In this document: positions 40,425 through 54,860 of the stretch, piece after piece
Layout: each line of letters starts with the position of its first letter
Position numbering within the stretch: position 1 is the stretch's first letter
NCBI GenBank assembly: GCA_010909165.1
Contig: MU008154.1
Span: forward strand, 1,229,478 to 1,293,477
DNA length: 64,000 nt
From: Anthoceros angustus
Lineage: Eukaryota > Plantae > Anthocerotophyta
Direction of reading: 5' to 3'
Notes under the pieces: model-generated
What the model saw: only the letters and a program-made list of their open reading frames with translations
The model's database searches: none
What the model was told of the DNA's origin: nothing
Made by a program: the position numbers and the translations under genes

Positions 40425-43004
40425 TCATCTCTTTCTACCACCACGCTCCTTCAGGCCCAGAGAGACCGTCTCTCCGGGACCTACATTGTAGAACGCTAAA
40501 GAAGCACTATCTTTGAGCACATTCGAGTGAAAGGACAACTTCTGCTTGTTGGCTGCTAAAGATAACTCGCTACCAATTTTCTCCTTCAGACTGCCGACTG
40601 TTTCAGCCAGTGACTGAATAGTCAAGTCCAGATATTGCCCCTTCAAATTGCTGTCTCCCTCCACTGTAGGCACCGAGACGACAATGCGGACAGCTCCCTG
40701 CAACCAAAGCAGATTATTAGAGTGCCTACCAAAGAAGCTTCAAAAGCAACAGATACACAAAAACACGAGATATGCCCAAATACAGTGGGACGCATAAAAA
40801 GATGGTCCAACGCAAGGGGTATGAGAGTAACGTACCGGATGCTGGGCAAGCCATTGGTCCTCCGGAATAGTGTCATCCACCTTCTGCCTCTTGGGTTCAG
40901 GCTCGTCTGGAGGAGGAGGAGGGTCTTCCTCAGGTAGCGGTGGGGGTGGTATTGACATGGAAGGAGAAGAGGAAGGAGGTGGAGGTGGTGGTGGCGGGGC
41001 CGACATTGGTGGTGGAGGCATAGGGGCAAAAGGCGGCCTTGGAAGTGGGAGAGGTGCATACTGGGGCATCCTAGGTGCTGTAGACATGGGAGGAGGGAGA
41101 GACTGAGGCAAAGGTGGAGCAGGTCTGGGAAGCACCGGAGGCAAGGGAGGAGGAAGTGAAGGCCGAACACTAGAGGCAGGTGTAGGTAAAATTGGTGTCC
41201 TTATCATAGAGCTGGGAGGCAGTGGTGGAGGGGCAGGTCCTTGAGCAGTTGACTGTGGTGGGCGTGGAATATTCAGAGCCAGGCCAGGAGGCGGTGGCAA
41301 GGGCCGAGCTGGTGTAGGAGCTAGTTTAGGAAGAGGCGGAGGAATGGGTCCTGGAAGCTGGCGCCCATCTGGACCTACAGCTAGCTTTTCCTTCCCATCA
41401 CCCTGCTCATCAATCATGTTCTGAGCCATTGCCTGATTTGCAGTTCTACTGATACTTCCAGTGTGTCCATCCCAAATAACCTGTTTCGGCTCCTCCTTCT
41501 TCTTCTCAATCTCAGCCTTGACAGCATTGGACACTTCTTCCTCAGTCGTACCAAATATGTCCGGCCGGGTACGAGCAAGACCAACAATATTCCTAGATAT
41601 CTCATCATCTGTTGCTAGAGTAGTCTCCCTAAGCTTCGCCATCATCCTCTCCTTCTGTTCCTTGTACTTGGGATCAATCAGTGAGATGCGCATGTGCTCT
41701 GCCATTTCGTTTATGGAAACAAGCTCCCCAGTGATCGGGGACACAACAAACCTAGTCAGGTCCTTCTCAGCAGGAAGCCTCTCCTCCGGCCGCTTCCAGT
41801 TCTTCACAATCCGCATAGGGTGGTCATCCTCATCCATGGGCTGAACCCCGTTCCCACTACCCAGCGTGGTAGCCCTCAGGCTATCCTCTACAAGCTGAAT
41901 CTCCTCCTCGTCCATCTCCATCTCCACCTCCTTCCCAGCCTCAGTAACCTCCTCCTCCGCCTCCTCCAGAGCCAAAGCCTTGCTCCGCCTCACCACCTCC
42001 TCTACAGTCATAGGCCTCGGCAGCTCATCCTCATCCTCATCAAACTCAATCGTCTCTACAACTACAAAATCGTGCCAATCAATAAGTGCCATCTGCATCC
42101 GCTCCTGCTCAATCTCATCCTCCGCCTTCTGCCTAGCACGCTCCCTGGACCTCTCCCACTCCAACCTGGACAGACACCTCTCCAAAACCGCCGTCTTGCT
42201 GGAAGCATCATTCCTCAGCTTCTCCACAAGCCCCTTGGGGGGCATCAGCACCTTAGAATAGGCATCCGCCAGGGCTGTGAAAAATGTGAACATGCTATGC
42301 GTAGGCTTCAAAAAATGAAACTGCGGGTTCATGTGCTCCCTGCTAGTGAGCCCTGTCAAAAAGCTCTTCCCATTCCTTGCAACAAATTGAGCCGTCAGCT
42401 TAATAATATCAAGATCCAGCCCCGTCAACCCATCCGGCAGCCGCACCGTGTACTGCTCCGGTTCAGGCTGCTCTGCAGGCTTTGCAGCAGGTTTCAGTTG
42501 CACATCTGCAATCAACTTGGCCGCCCCAGAAACGACCGCCTGAGGAGCTGCCCCGGCCTGCTCCGCAGGCTTCGCAGCTGCACCCTGCTCTGCCGGCTTC
42601 GGCGCCCCAGCTGCAGGCTGCGCGGCCGCCTGCCCCTGAGCTCGAGCCTCCGCCACCCTGTGCTGGTAGTATGCATGGTACGGGTCTGTGGATGTCAAGA
42701 AGTTGAACTTCACGTTGTTCTTCTCATTTGCCAGAATTCTCTTCTCGAACTCCGGACCATTCCGCGCCACGAACTGTGCTGTCTTGTCTACGATGCTCCG
42801 GATGTCGGGTGGAGGATGGATCATCCCGATGGACCTGGTCTGAGTAGCCACCCTCTGAGGAGGTGCCGGAGGCGCCTCCCCATTTTCCTTCTCGCTTTCA
42901 TCGACTCCATCGTCCTTGGCGGCGGGGAGCTGCGACGGCGGGAGCGGACCTACACCGTCCGCCGAAGGTGGTGGCAGGGCGAGCACCTCGCCAACCACCG
43001 GCAT
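40425..43004 (-). CDS. SF3A1: Splicing factor 3A subunit 1 (PRP21/SAP114); exons 40836-43004 and 40425-40697
   Basis: Two SURP domains (IVDKTAQFVARNG; IIKLTAQFVARNG), IDWHDFVVVETIEF, EHMRISLIDPKYKEQ, Pro-rich region and C-terminal ubiquitin-like domain ending LKERGGRKR. Confidence 0.96.
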
Positions 43005-43354
43005 GGTGCCGACTTGCACAACTACGAATCCAAAGGAATACGCTCCGCTCGAGCCTTGTGCTCCGAAGTCGGACCTAGAATTGTCATTTCTCAACCCTAG
43101 CCGAGGTTAACTAACCATGGCTTCCGGTTAACTAACCGCACGCGGTTAACTTGTCCTGTCTTCGCGAGCGCGGACCTGGAGTCCTGGACGCGGCAATGGC
43201 GGAATCGGGCGCTCTGACGGCGCCGGGAGCGATGTGCGGAATTCTTGGCGGGAGAACATTCATGTCAGCATTGTGTGCAGGCTGCGGTGCAGGAATGCTG
43301 ATTTGAGTGCTCTTTTGCCAATTCTGGTGGATTGGGAAGGCTTCTCCGTCTGAT
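43005..43354. promoter_or_regulatory. Compact bidirectional promoter SF3A1/NHX with telo-box-like AACCCTAG and repeated GGTTAACTAACC
   Basis: Start codons diverge 350 bp apart; motifs at 43093, 43105-43116, 43126-43137, 43143-43150. Confidence 0.55.
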
Positions 43355-46300
43355 ATGGAGGACGAGGAGGCGGAGAATGTGGCTAGTTTGTCCATCATGG
43401 TACAAATCCTGATGCTTGGTACTACGTTCATCATCGGCCATGTGCTGCGGCGCAAAAAGATATTGATAGTGCATGAGGCTGGCGCCGCTCTGCTTCTTGG
43501 TATGCCGTGCTGCATTGGAATGTTTGATGAACTGAGTCCTTGTGTCGGAGTAAGTAGATTCTGGAGAAGTGTTGTGATGATGATACGACCGCTTGACACG
43601 GGGTGAAGCTTCCGTAGGTTGTTTTGTCTGCCTGTCTCTGAACGCATAGCACTGCCCATCATGCAGGTGTTGTCGTTGGATTGATGGTAACATTTATTGG
43701 CGAGGAAAAAGGTTTCAGGTGAACTGAATCGTGCAAATGGATGGTGTGTTAAATCCGCAGTAGTCATACTTTGCCTTCGTTGGAACTGCTTCTGGCACGT
43801 CTTTGGATGCAGTGGATTTTACTTTTGCAACACGTTGTATGCCTGTCGTGCAGGAAATGGATAGATTTTAACAACCGCTTTTTCTTCTATTTTCTTCTGC
43901 CTCCGATCATATTATATCCTTTGAATGGGCCTAAATGCAGCTTAGACATGGCCTGTTATCATATGACTTGATCCCGTACTGTGATAACCCTTGACACATT
44001 CATTTCTGCACTGAATCCGGTTGGAGTTTGAAGACTGTAAGCCATCCTTTTCTGTTGCTGGATGCATGTGGTGGCTCTTAATCTGTTTAGTGTTTTGAGT
44101 TGCATTGAATGGGAACCAGCACCAATTCGACGCCATTTTGCAGAAACCTTTTTTTGACAACTTCGGGGCAATCTGCGTCTTTGCTTTTGGAGGCACACTT
44201 CTTTCAACTTTTGCGGTTGGCATGCTTGTGTAAGGAAACATCTGCTTCTTATACAACTCCCACAGGCTGCAGGAACTATGTCCGATGCATCAACCGATAG
44301 CCAAGCCAGCTAACACTCTCGTGGTTGCTCAGCTGGTTTTTTGGGGCCTTGAATCTCACTTACCAGATGCCATTTATGGTTTGCTTGACTTTTGGCGCCC
44401 TCATCTCCGCAACTGATCCTGTGACTGTCCTTGCTATTTTTAACGTAAGGTCTCTCCATCAAAAAGTTTGTCATTTATGTGTGCATAGAGTGCGTCAGCT
44501 TCTCTATTTGTGAGGTCTGTCTTACCTGTGATATTTGTGGGCATGGCCTCCAGGAACTAGGAGTTAATCCCAACCTTTATGCATATGTGTTTGGGGAGTC
44601 TGTGCTGAATGATGCTGTAAGTCTGTGCTGAAACTCTGTCCAATGATTTAATTGTTGCTCTGGCATCTTGGCTCACTGAAGAAGGTGGCTATTTTGTAGC
44701 TCCTAGCTGTTGTCAACTTGTTGCATGAAAGGGTTCTATCCGTTTATGAGACTCATTGCTGCTTTAATGGCATGCATGCAGGTGGCTATAGTCATGTACA
44801 AGTATGTCCAGCTTACCAGCTTCTGAGAGTTTTATGGTTCTGGGAAATGTGTTACCTTGCACTCTTATATATAGTTCCAGGACTGAAAACTTTAATGGCA
44901 GGAGCATCGTGCTTGTGGTTAATAAGCTTGTTGTCTCGCTGCCAGGACTGTCCTTTCGTTTGTGATCCATCCTGGAAGTGACCGTGGATTGTTTGGAGCG
45001 TTGTGGTTTTTCATTGTGATTTTTATCGGCTCTTTCTCAATCGGTAGTTTTGCTAGTGCTGATTCTCTCATTCTAGTTTCTGGCAAGGTGGAATTGCTGA
45101 TCATGCATTCGTCAGTCAATTTTCACTCGTCTGGGTGCCTGCTAACCTGGGTCATCGTCTTCTTGCTCTCTGTGCCACAGGTGTGTTAGTGTCATTGCTG
45201 AGTGCACTCCTGTTTAAGTATGGAGGTTTCCAAGAGAGAGAGTAAGGCTGTTCTTGTTTTTTCTTTGCTATGGTGCTGTCAGAATTAGATTAGAGACAGG
45301 CATTTAGAATTTCTGTTTGGACATTTGTCACATGCAAGGTCTAAGTATGCACTGTGTGCAAACAGGCTTGGAATTCTGGAGTCTTGCCTGGTGGTGCTGT
45401 TTCCTTACCTTGCATACATGATGGCTGATGCAATGGAGTTATCTGGCATTGTTGCTATTCTGTTTGCGGGGATTGTAAGTGCTGGGATACTCTCAGTCAG
45501 ACATGGAGAAGGCACTTCTTGATGAATACCTGTGCCGTGCATTTTGAGTTGACAGACATGCTCCCTCTATCCACCGTTCATCGTTCATTATGTTTTATGT
45601 GGCTCATTTAAACGTTTTTGCAGACCATGAAATACTACACAGCTCCAAACCTTTCACAGCAGGCCAGAGAAATCACTACTCAGTTCTTTCTGATGTTGGC
45701 TAAGCTTTCAGAAACATTTGTGTAGGTAGCCTCATGTCCACTTGCTTGACTTTGTCCGTACATCCTCCTGAGTTTACCTTGGAGATGTTTGACTCGGAGT
45801 TTGATTTGTGTGTTGCAGATTTGTGTACATGGGCGTTGCTATGTTTCTGGAGAAACAAAGCTGGGACAACATTGGTTTCACGTTCTTTACCATTGTATCT
45901 TTTTTTCGGATTCTGATTTGCATGCTGATCTGGTTACGTGAACCACCCTTTTGCAATTGCTTGCTACCCGGTTATCTGAATCACAAGAAGGAACAGCAAC
46001 GATCCGCCCCCTGCTGTTAGTGCTCAAACCTTCATGCCTGGAGTACTTGACCTATTAATTGGCAGCTTTGAAGCATGGGGAAATGTCTCCTTGACCCTAA
46101 GGCTTATCTGATACTCTGCAGATCAGCATTCTTCTTGCAAGGTGAGTACATAGTCTGCGTTAGGGTCTGTTTTCCGTTCATTAGCTGCTGTATGAAGCGC
46201 TTATAAGCCTAGTTCAAGAAGAGGGGACGTGATACGATGAGCTGTGTGTGAAAATGCTGAAATCATTGTTTCACAGGATTGTTAACGTATACCCCTGTTC

Positions 46301-48208
46301 TTATCTCGTTAACTATTATCGTGAGCCCGCCACGCATATCCCAATGAATCATCAGCATGCTCTGTGGTACAGTGGTACGAGAAAATCGATATTTGAAGTT
46401 AATTTGGCATTCATAGAGGGGTTATCATGTCTTCTTCACTGGAAGCAGCGAGCATGTTTCAGGTCTGCGAGGAGCTATGGCCTTCGCCCTCTCCATGCAG
46501 TCTGTTACAGACCTTCCAAAGCATGGCCGAGTTCTACTGACGTCTACATTGTTCACCATTTTTTTCACTGTAAGTTTGTAGGAGATGTGGTTGTCCAATT
46601 TCAATGAAGTTGATTGGGGTACAGCCATGCCAGTGTGATTGGGAAGCTAAGAAATTGCTTTCATCCGGTATTCGATCAGGTATTGCTGATTGGAGGCTCT
46701 ACGTCAAACATGCTGGAAAAGTTAGAAATTGAACTTCATGGCCCATCAGGGCATGACGAAGAGGTAACAGAGCTGGGAACGTCGTTAGCTAGATTGGGAT
46801 GCTGTGACTTCACTGATCTCGACGTTGGGTTGAATTTTCTGTGCAGATAGAGCTACCGGAGTCACCCACCACGGTATGTTTACAATACCAACAAAAGCTT
46901 GGGTGTGGCTAGTTGCTGGTCGATATCTTACCAATCACGGCATGTCGTGGCTCTTTGACTCTTTAGGGTCCAGAGATTGAGGCCACAGAGGATGAGAATG
47001 AGGATCTGGAGTACGAGGATGCTTCAGGACAGCTGCAGATATTGACTGCGCAGAAAAAGAAGATTCAGAGAAAGCTTCGTCAACTCAAAAATGAGTGAGA
47101 GATCCAACCTCTGCTTTTAGCAGCCATGGATCAGCTAACTGTCCAGACTAGTGTGTTTATTATTCACTCTGGAGTGTCGTTTCCTGCTCAGCACATCGTT
47201 TGCTACTTTGGATAAGAAGTATCTGAAACCCTTTTTCGCTGCTAATAATCAAGGGCAGCCAGATTTGGAGAGCCCGACTTCACTTCAGCAAGGTAGTCCA
47301 CGAAACCTGCAAAACTGAGGCAAAGATAGACACTGAAGAGTATATCATGTTCACCTGTTTCCGGCACTGATCCCCAAGATGAGCTTGTCCATTGTTTCCT
47401 TGTTCCCAACGTAGATGGCATGAAGCAGATGCAGGATGCAGAGTTAGACGACATGCAGCCCATGCAGAAGAAACCTCCTATCCAGAGCTCACCGCAGAAC
47501 GCACAAAACTGGGCTGACATGCAACGTGCAGAGGGTGTGCAGTCAGACCAGTACAGTGGTCCAAGGAAGTACTCAGATTCGAGCAACCGAAACCCAACAA
47601 GAAACGACCAAGTTATGCAGAGAATGCCTATCAGCACCGGCCCAAGGAATTCCGACCACAACTCCCAAAGGCCTCCAGACAGATATGACTCCTACGATCA
47701 GAGGGGCGCAGACAAATACAATGCCCCGTCTGGACAAATTGTCCAGAAGAGTGGAGATAGATACAATACGTCCTCGGAGCAGAATGTGCAGAGGGGTGCA
47801 GACAGATACAATGCCCCGTCTGGGCAGAATATCCAAAAGGGTGGAGACAGATACAATACCTCCACGGAGCAGAAGATTCCCGACAGGTTTAGCAACTCGG
47901 AGCAGAGCATGCAGAGGAGCGGTGACGGGAGCCAGGATCAGAGGTACAGCCCAGAGAGATACAGTGCGCGGGACAGGCCGCCGGAACGAGCCTCCGACAG
48001 GCTCTCAGCTTCCAAGATGGGTCCACCAAAGGAAGAAGAAGAGGAGGACGATATGGTGCCACCAGAGAAGATGGAGAGGAGGAGCTTGCTGTTAAACCCA
48101 GGGAGCTTTCCCAAATTTCCAGACAGACCGTCCATGCTGTCGTTGCCTGACGTAGCCAATGTAGCAAACCGCCTGAAACAAGCTGTGAACAAGAACTGGC
48201 CCCGCTGA
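43355..48208 (+). CDS. NHX: Endosomal-type Na+(K+)/H+ antiporter (NHX5/6-like, CPA1) with long repeat-containing C-terminal tail; many exons
   Basis: [21 protein letters not shown]|[47 protein letters not shown]|[19 protein letters not shown]; last exon 47415-48208. Confidence 0.92.
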
Positions 48209-48679
48209 AAGGACACGCACGGAGTACTGGGTCCTTCGCTTCAAATTTGATATTTTGCCTCGGGGCCTTGCGAGCCAAGCGGCTTGGTTATTATATGATT
48301 CAGCTGAAGCCCTGAACAGTCGGGACTGCGGCGCCCACTAGGCGGGCCGCCCGTTTCGTATCCGGGCTCGCGGCCGTTAGCCGTTGCGGTGGCAAACCGG
48401 TAGGAAGAACCCGGTCAGGCGGCGTGGGACATGGCGGGTGATGGCGGTTGCATTCGCGCGGCATGTCCGGCAGTTAGTTGACCAGGCAACTGTCTCGCCG
48501 CTGTAGCCTTTCTCTGGCCCAACGTCCTGTTCCCCGAGACTCTTCATTCCCCCAGGACACAAGCTGGTGAGAGCACGCCGCTCTGTTTCTGCCTCTCACA
48601 AGCTGCGCCCCAGATTGCAGTGCCAATCTCCCTATCCCTCTCCCTCTCCCGGAGCCGGAGAAATTAAGCATCATCCAAC

Positions 48680-50335
<1,656 letters not shown>

Positions 50336-51133
50336 TTTCTCTTTTACCGTGCATCTTCGACTGTTTTGCTGCATGCATGCTAGCTAATTAGCGAGACACT
50401 GCTACAATCGGCCCTAATTAGTTCCGAATCGTCATCCCTGCTGCTTTTTAACTTCTAACTCTCGACTCAGGACTGCACTTCCTTCTGACCCTGCTCTGCC
50501 ATCCCTACCCTGCCCTGGCCTGCCCTGCCCTGCCCTACTCGGCCTTGCTTTGCGTTGTTGCGGTCTCTCTAGCTGCAGGACTAGGGACCAAGTAACCTGT
50601 TCAGGATGCAGAGTGACGAGGCCAAGCTTGTTTTGCCATCTGCAGAAAGAAATGAGTGCTATGTATTATTTCGCACCTCACTGCCAGTCACTGGAATAAT
50701 ACATGGCGTAATATGTACATGCATCCTACATACCTCCCCTTCTTGCTCTTTTCCTTGACTGGCTTGGTACCATGCTAGTAGCAGGTGGTACACCCTCAAG
50801 GTGGTGCATATGCGTCACACCAATGTGGACGGTCCGGTCCTAGAATGAGCTCCCTGAACAAGCTCAAAGAAACACAAGAACCATAAATCATTCTCCCATC
50901 TCTCTCTCTCTCTCTCTCTGCATGTTGACAGCCTGCAGCAATCATCTCCCGCACTGCACGACCTCCAGTTCCAGCTCTGCGTTGCCATAAATGCCGCACC
51001 TAACTTGCGAAAAAATACACAATCCCCTCACCTGGTTCCCAATGCTTTCACACTGCTGGCAGCGGCCTGCACCAAGTCCCGTGGGTGCACCCCGCTTCAC
51101 AGAAGCAAAATCCATGTACAGTATCAGCTTCTT

Positions 51134-52384
51134 CTATCCTCGGGATCTCTTCCTTTTCGAAGTTTCTCGCCTCTTTTTCCTCTTTTCCTCTTTTCTTGTC
51201 TCGTGTCTCAACCTAGATTTGCTCGAACCGTTTTCTCTGTCTTTCCTTTTTCGCAACACTTCTGTACCCGCAGAGGACGTCCTTGTCATCAACGAAGGCC
51301 CTGATGCTGGACCCAAAACCCTATCCTCCCAATCTTCTTTGAGCCTCGTATCAGAAAAGCAGCCGCCCGGCCCAGGGCCCTCTTCAGGGGCGAGGTATGG
51401 CCCCGGCTCATCCATTCTGCAACCTACGGCACCTCGTCCACGTTTTGCCCTGCACGACACAACAAAACCAAAAAGGCCTCAAAAACGACGGTCACTACCC
51501 TACCACACAACAGACCACCATCACGTGACGCAGAACATCACCAACCTGGACTTCAAAAACTGGTCAATATCGTCGTCTTTCCACTCGCCGCCATCTCGCA
51601 GATCTTCGCTTCCGCTTGTACTTTCGCCAGAGTGCTCTGCAGCTTCATTATCAACGTATCTAACACTCCTACCACGCCGGCTTTCCTTCTCCGGCCTGGA
51701 GTCATAATCCCTACACGAACTCTGCCATCGAGAGTCATCCTCACCGGTGGAAACCCTTCCACCATCCCTCAACTCTGCATCCCTCCCGAACCGCTGCCGC
51801 CCTGGAGCCCGATCTGATCTCCGCGCCCGCTTGCTATGATTATCGCCTACTTCCACATACCTCCTCCTCCACATCTCGTTTATTTCCACCACCCTGTTGG
51901 CTGGCACCATGCCCGAGCACCAATCTCAGCAACAACAAAACAACCCTAACCTCAAACACCACATCCAGAGATCCAGTCACACCAACACGGACCCCACCCG
52001 CATGCCACACGGACCCTCCATGCCCCGACTCCCGCATTATCCTAACCCTCGCACCACACCTCGTCACCCACCCACATCCCAACTCCCAGCACAACAGAAC
52101 TCAGCAAAAACGCACCCCCTTGCCCCGAAGCCGGGGCAGCAATTGCTCCAAGCTGCCAAGCAAGCCAAACTGCAAAATCTAATACCCTGCACCACGATCA
52201 AGGCACGCACTTCACCTTGCTGCACACCCTGCACTGTGGCCCTCATAAACTGTGGATTGGGGCGCACCCGCGCCACAGGCTTAGCCAAGAAAGCCCCGAC
52301 TCCCTCCTTGTCCGCCCGTTGCCGCAACCGCGTCGCCTCCTCCATCAGCAGCGCGGCCAGCTTTGCCTCCGTCTCCGGATCCAT
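51134..52384 (-). CDS. Uncharacterised conserved plant protein, basic and probably nuclear; exons 52216-52384, 51546-51900, 51134-51449
   Basis: MDPETEAKLAALLMEEA...RPNPQFMRATVQGVQQ|ANRVVEINEMW...DQFLKSR|AKRGRGAVGCRMDEPGPY...KRKKRR; splice phases consistent. Confidence 0.8.
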
Positions 52385-53265
52385 CCGATTCCCAGCTATA
52401 GAACTCACAGCAGCACCGCTTAACGCTCAAACCACGGCGCGCCGGTGTCGAGCACAAAACGAAACCTCTGCGATCAGTGCCTTTTACCTCACATATATAG
52501 TCTACCTACATATTTTGTAGGAAAAAAGAATTTGTCGATGGCTTGCATAGAGCGAGTAGGATGTCAATCTGGACATATATATAGCACATACAAGACATAG
52601 GTGAAATAGGATATATTTAGGTGAATATAATAGACAATTGGATAAATAGGGACGTGATCCAAGGATATAAAGTCGATCACGTTCGAAGCCCAAGGACGAA
52701 ACGGCTACATAAAGAAGGTAGGTAATAGTTAGGGTTTAGGCCGGTTGGCCACGGGGTCTCCCGGCAGATCGGTAGGCGCAGGTTTCAGTGGTGTCTGTTA
52801 TGCATCTCGTAGGCGGGCTGCAGAATGCTCTCGTTGGATGGGGACGTAGGCATTATACTCATGGGTTGAAGGTGGCTTCGCGAGTCATTGATATCAGCGA
52901 CGTCCGAGGAATGATGTAGCAGCGGGATAAAGCGATGGCAGCGCATGGTGCTCCATGGATTGTTATATTTGCACAACCTAAGTAAAGCACATAGTGTGTG
53001 GATATAGCTTCTTGTTTGTCTACGTCTTGGAGGGATGTGAACTGATCAGAGCTTGTGGCGATGCTGCAAATGCAACTTTGATCATCGGTATTTGTGTTCG
53101 CACATGTAGCCTCATGCTAAGTAGGCAGGTGTTCGGTAGATGTGGTCTTAGGCTGATAAACCGATGCGAGGAACGTGAAGATGGCTTCCCATGATAGCTA
53201 TGCCGCCTGCTTGCGGTGTGACAAATTCCTTCCTCCACTTGCAATTGCTCTATATGTTGGTGTAG

Positions 53266-53356
53266 GTAATGCCATGCTTTAGCAAATCTTGTTTTTAAGA
53301 TATCTTTATCGGGTAATGTCATGCTTTAGCAAATCTTGTTTTAAGATATCTTTATC
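53266..53356. repeat. ~47-bp tandem duplication
   Basis: gtaatgYcatgctttagcaaatcttgttttaagatatctttatc x2. Confidence 0.85.
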
Positions 53357-54668
53357 TTCTTACATTGGTTGTTCAGTCCCTAATTATGCTGCCATTTTCT
53401 TTATAATTTGTAGTGCACTTCTAGATTATGCCACCTTTCGTGGTCTTTTTCTTTGCCATCTTAATGGTATTTTTTTATTATGTTCTATAGACCTATCGTA
53501 TTCTAAATAATACAATATTAACAAAAATGTTCTAATTCTCTCCTTTGCATTCTTTTCATGATTCTGATTTGAGGGTCTCTTACTCTAAAATGATATGATT
53601 TAGCTTCAACCCAATTAACTCATCTTTTGTTGCAGAAATTGATGATTATCATATCATGCCTCCATCATGATTCATTTCATAATAATTCCACAATAAAAAA
53701 TTCAAACTAAAATCCAACTTTAAACTCAAAATATCCGATCTGAATCAATCATGAATCTTAAGAGTTTGATCATCCTAAAAGCTGATCATCACTACTACCA
53801 CTTCTACTTACAATGATTCCCCACAACAAAAATGATTTTGCTAGTCTTCCTTACCAGCACTTCCTCTTGGCTTTTTTTGTCACTGTATTGCTGAATGGTT
53901 ACCTCAAGATTGGCTTTTCCGTTCTTCACTTCGTATAAGTTGCTCTCCAGTATAGCCTCCTCTTCAATCAAATCAGTCAGTTATGACTTAGCAAGCCTAA
54001 GCAAATCAACTCACTCCAAGTAGTCGCTAACAGCTTCTACCTACACTTGTGTTCTCCCACATGGCTAAGAAAGCTCTCCTTCGAATAACTAATTTTACGT
54101 TCTTGCCTTACACTAGCCCTCTTCTTGACATTTAACTTCAATGTAACGCTGTCCTCTTTTTTTCTAACTAAAGTTGATTTTTCTAAACGAGAATCATTCA
54201 AAACATCCAAATTGACATTAGTCAATTTGGGTGTTGCATCAAGATTTGTTAGTATTGATTTCTACTAACCCTACTCCTATTTCATGATTATGATGGTCAG
54301 AAATTTTAGCTACCATTCCCCTTTCTACCACAGCTTGGTGATCAAGACTTTCCTTTTCACTACCTTCAATTTCAGTTAAAGTTCCCCTCCCCATACCATA
54401 TGTGCAAGTCTCCCTACACACGACTCACGCGTGTTACAGACATAGGTGGCCCGTCCTAGTTAGATCTTTCTTATTCTTTATCTTGGAAATGCGCATGCAT
54501 GATTTTGATATTGTTTGTCGTCATTTCCAGTTCATGGAATTTCATGAAGTGTAGGTGTAGGCAGCGCTGCTTGCCGTACTGTCAACCAGTGGCCCTGACC
54601 CCACACATTTGCTGATGTGTTCAAATGAGTTTGTGCTACACCATCCTAAACAGCTATCACCTTCGGTT

Positions 54669-54860
54669 CATCCGGAATGCTTGAGCCGCACTTGCACAGC
54701 TGATAGCTTGTCCACTTTCAGACTTGTTATCATTCACATCAGTAACCGCATCAAGTCCATCAGGGATGCCTGAGCCTGCACTTGCACTGATAGCTTATCC
54801 ACATCTAGACTGGTTACCATCAACATTAGTATCCACATCAAATCCTTCAGGGGTGCCTGA
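54669..54860. repeat. Degenerate ~88-bp tandem repeat (2 copies plus a partial third)
   Basis: catc..g.atgc.tgagcc.gcacttgcac..tgatagctt.tccac...agact..tta.cat repeated. Confidence 0.65.

Noticed and set aside
47219-47230. GTATCTG as a third U12 donor in NHX
   Set aside because: The sequence reads through as coding KKYLKPFF; no intron is needed.
48477-48490. X-box-like palindrome GTTGACCAGGCAAC upstream of alpha-tubulin
   Set aside because: RFX factors are not known in plants; a single match is probably chance.
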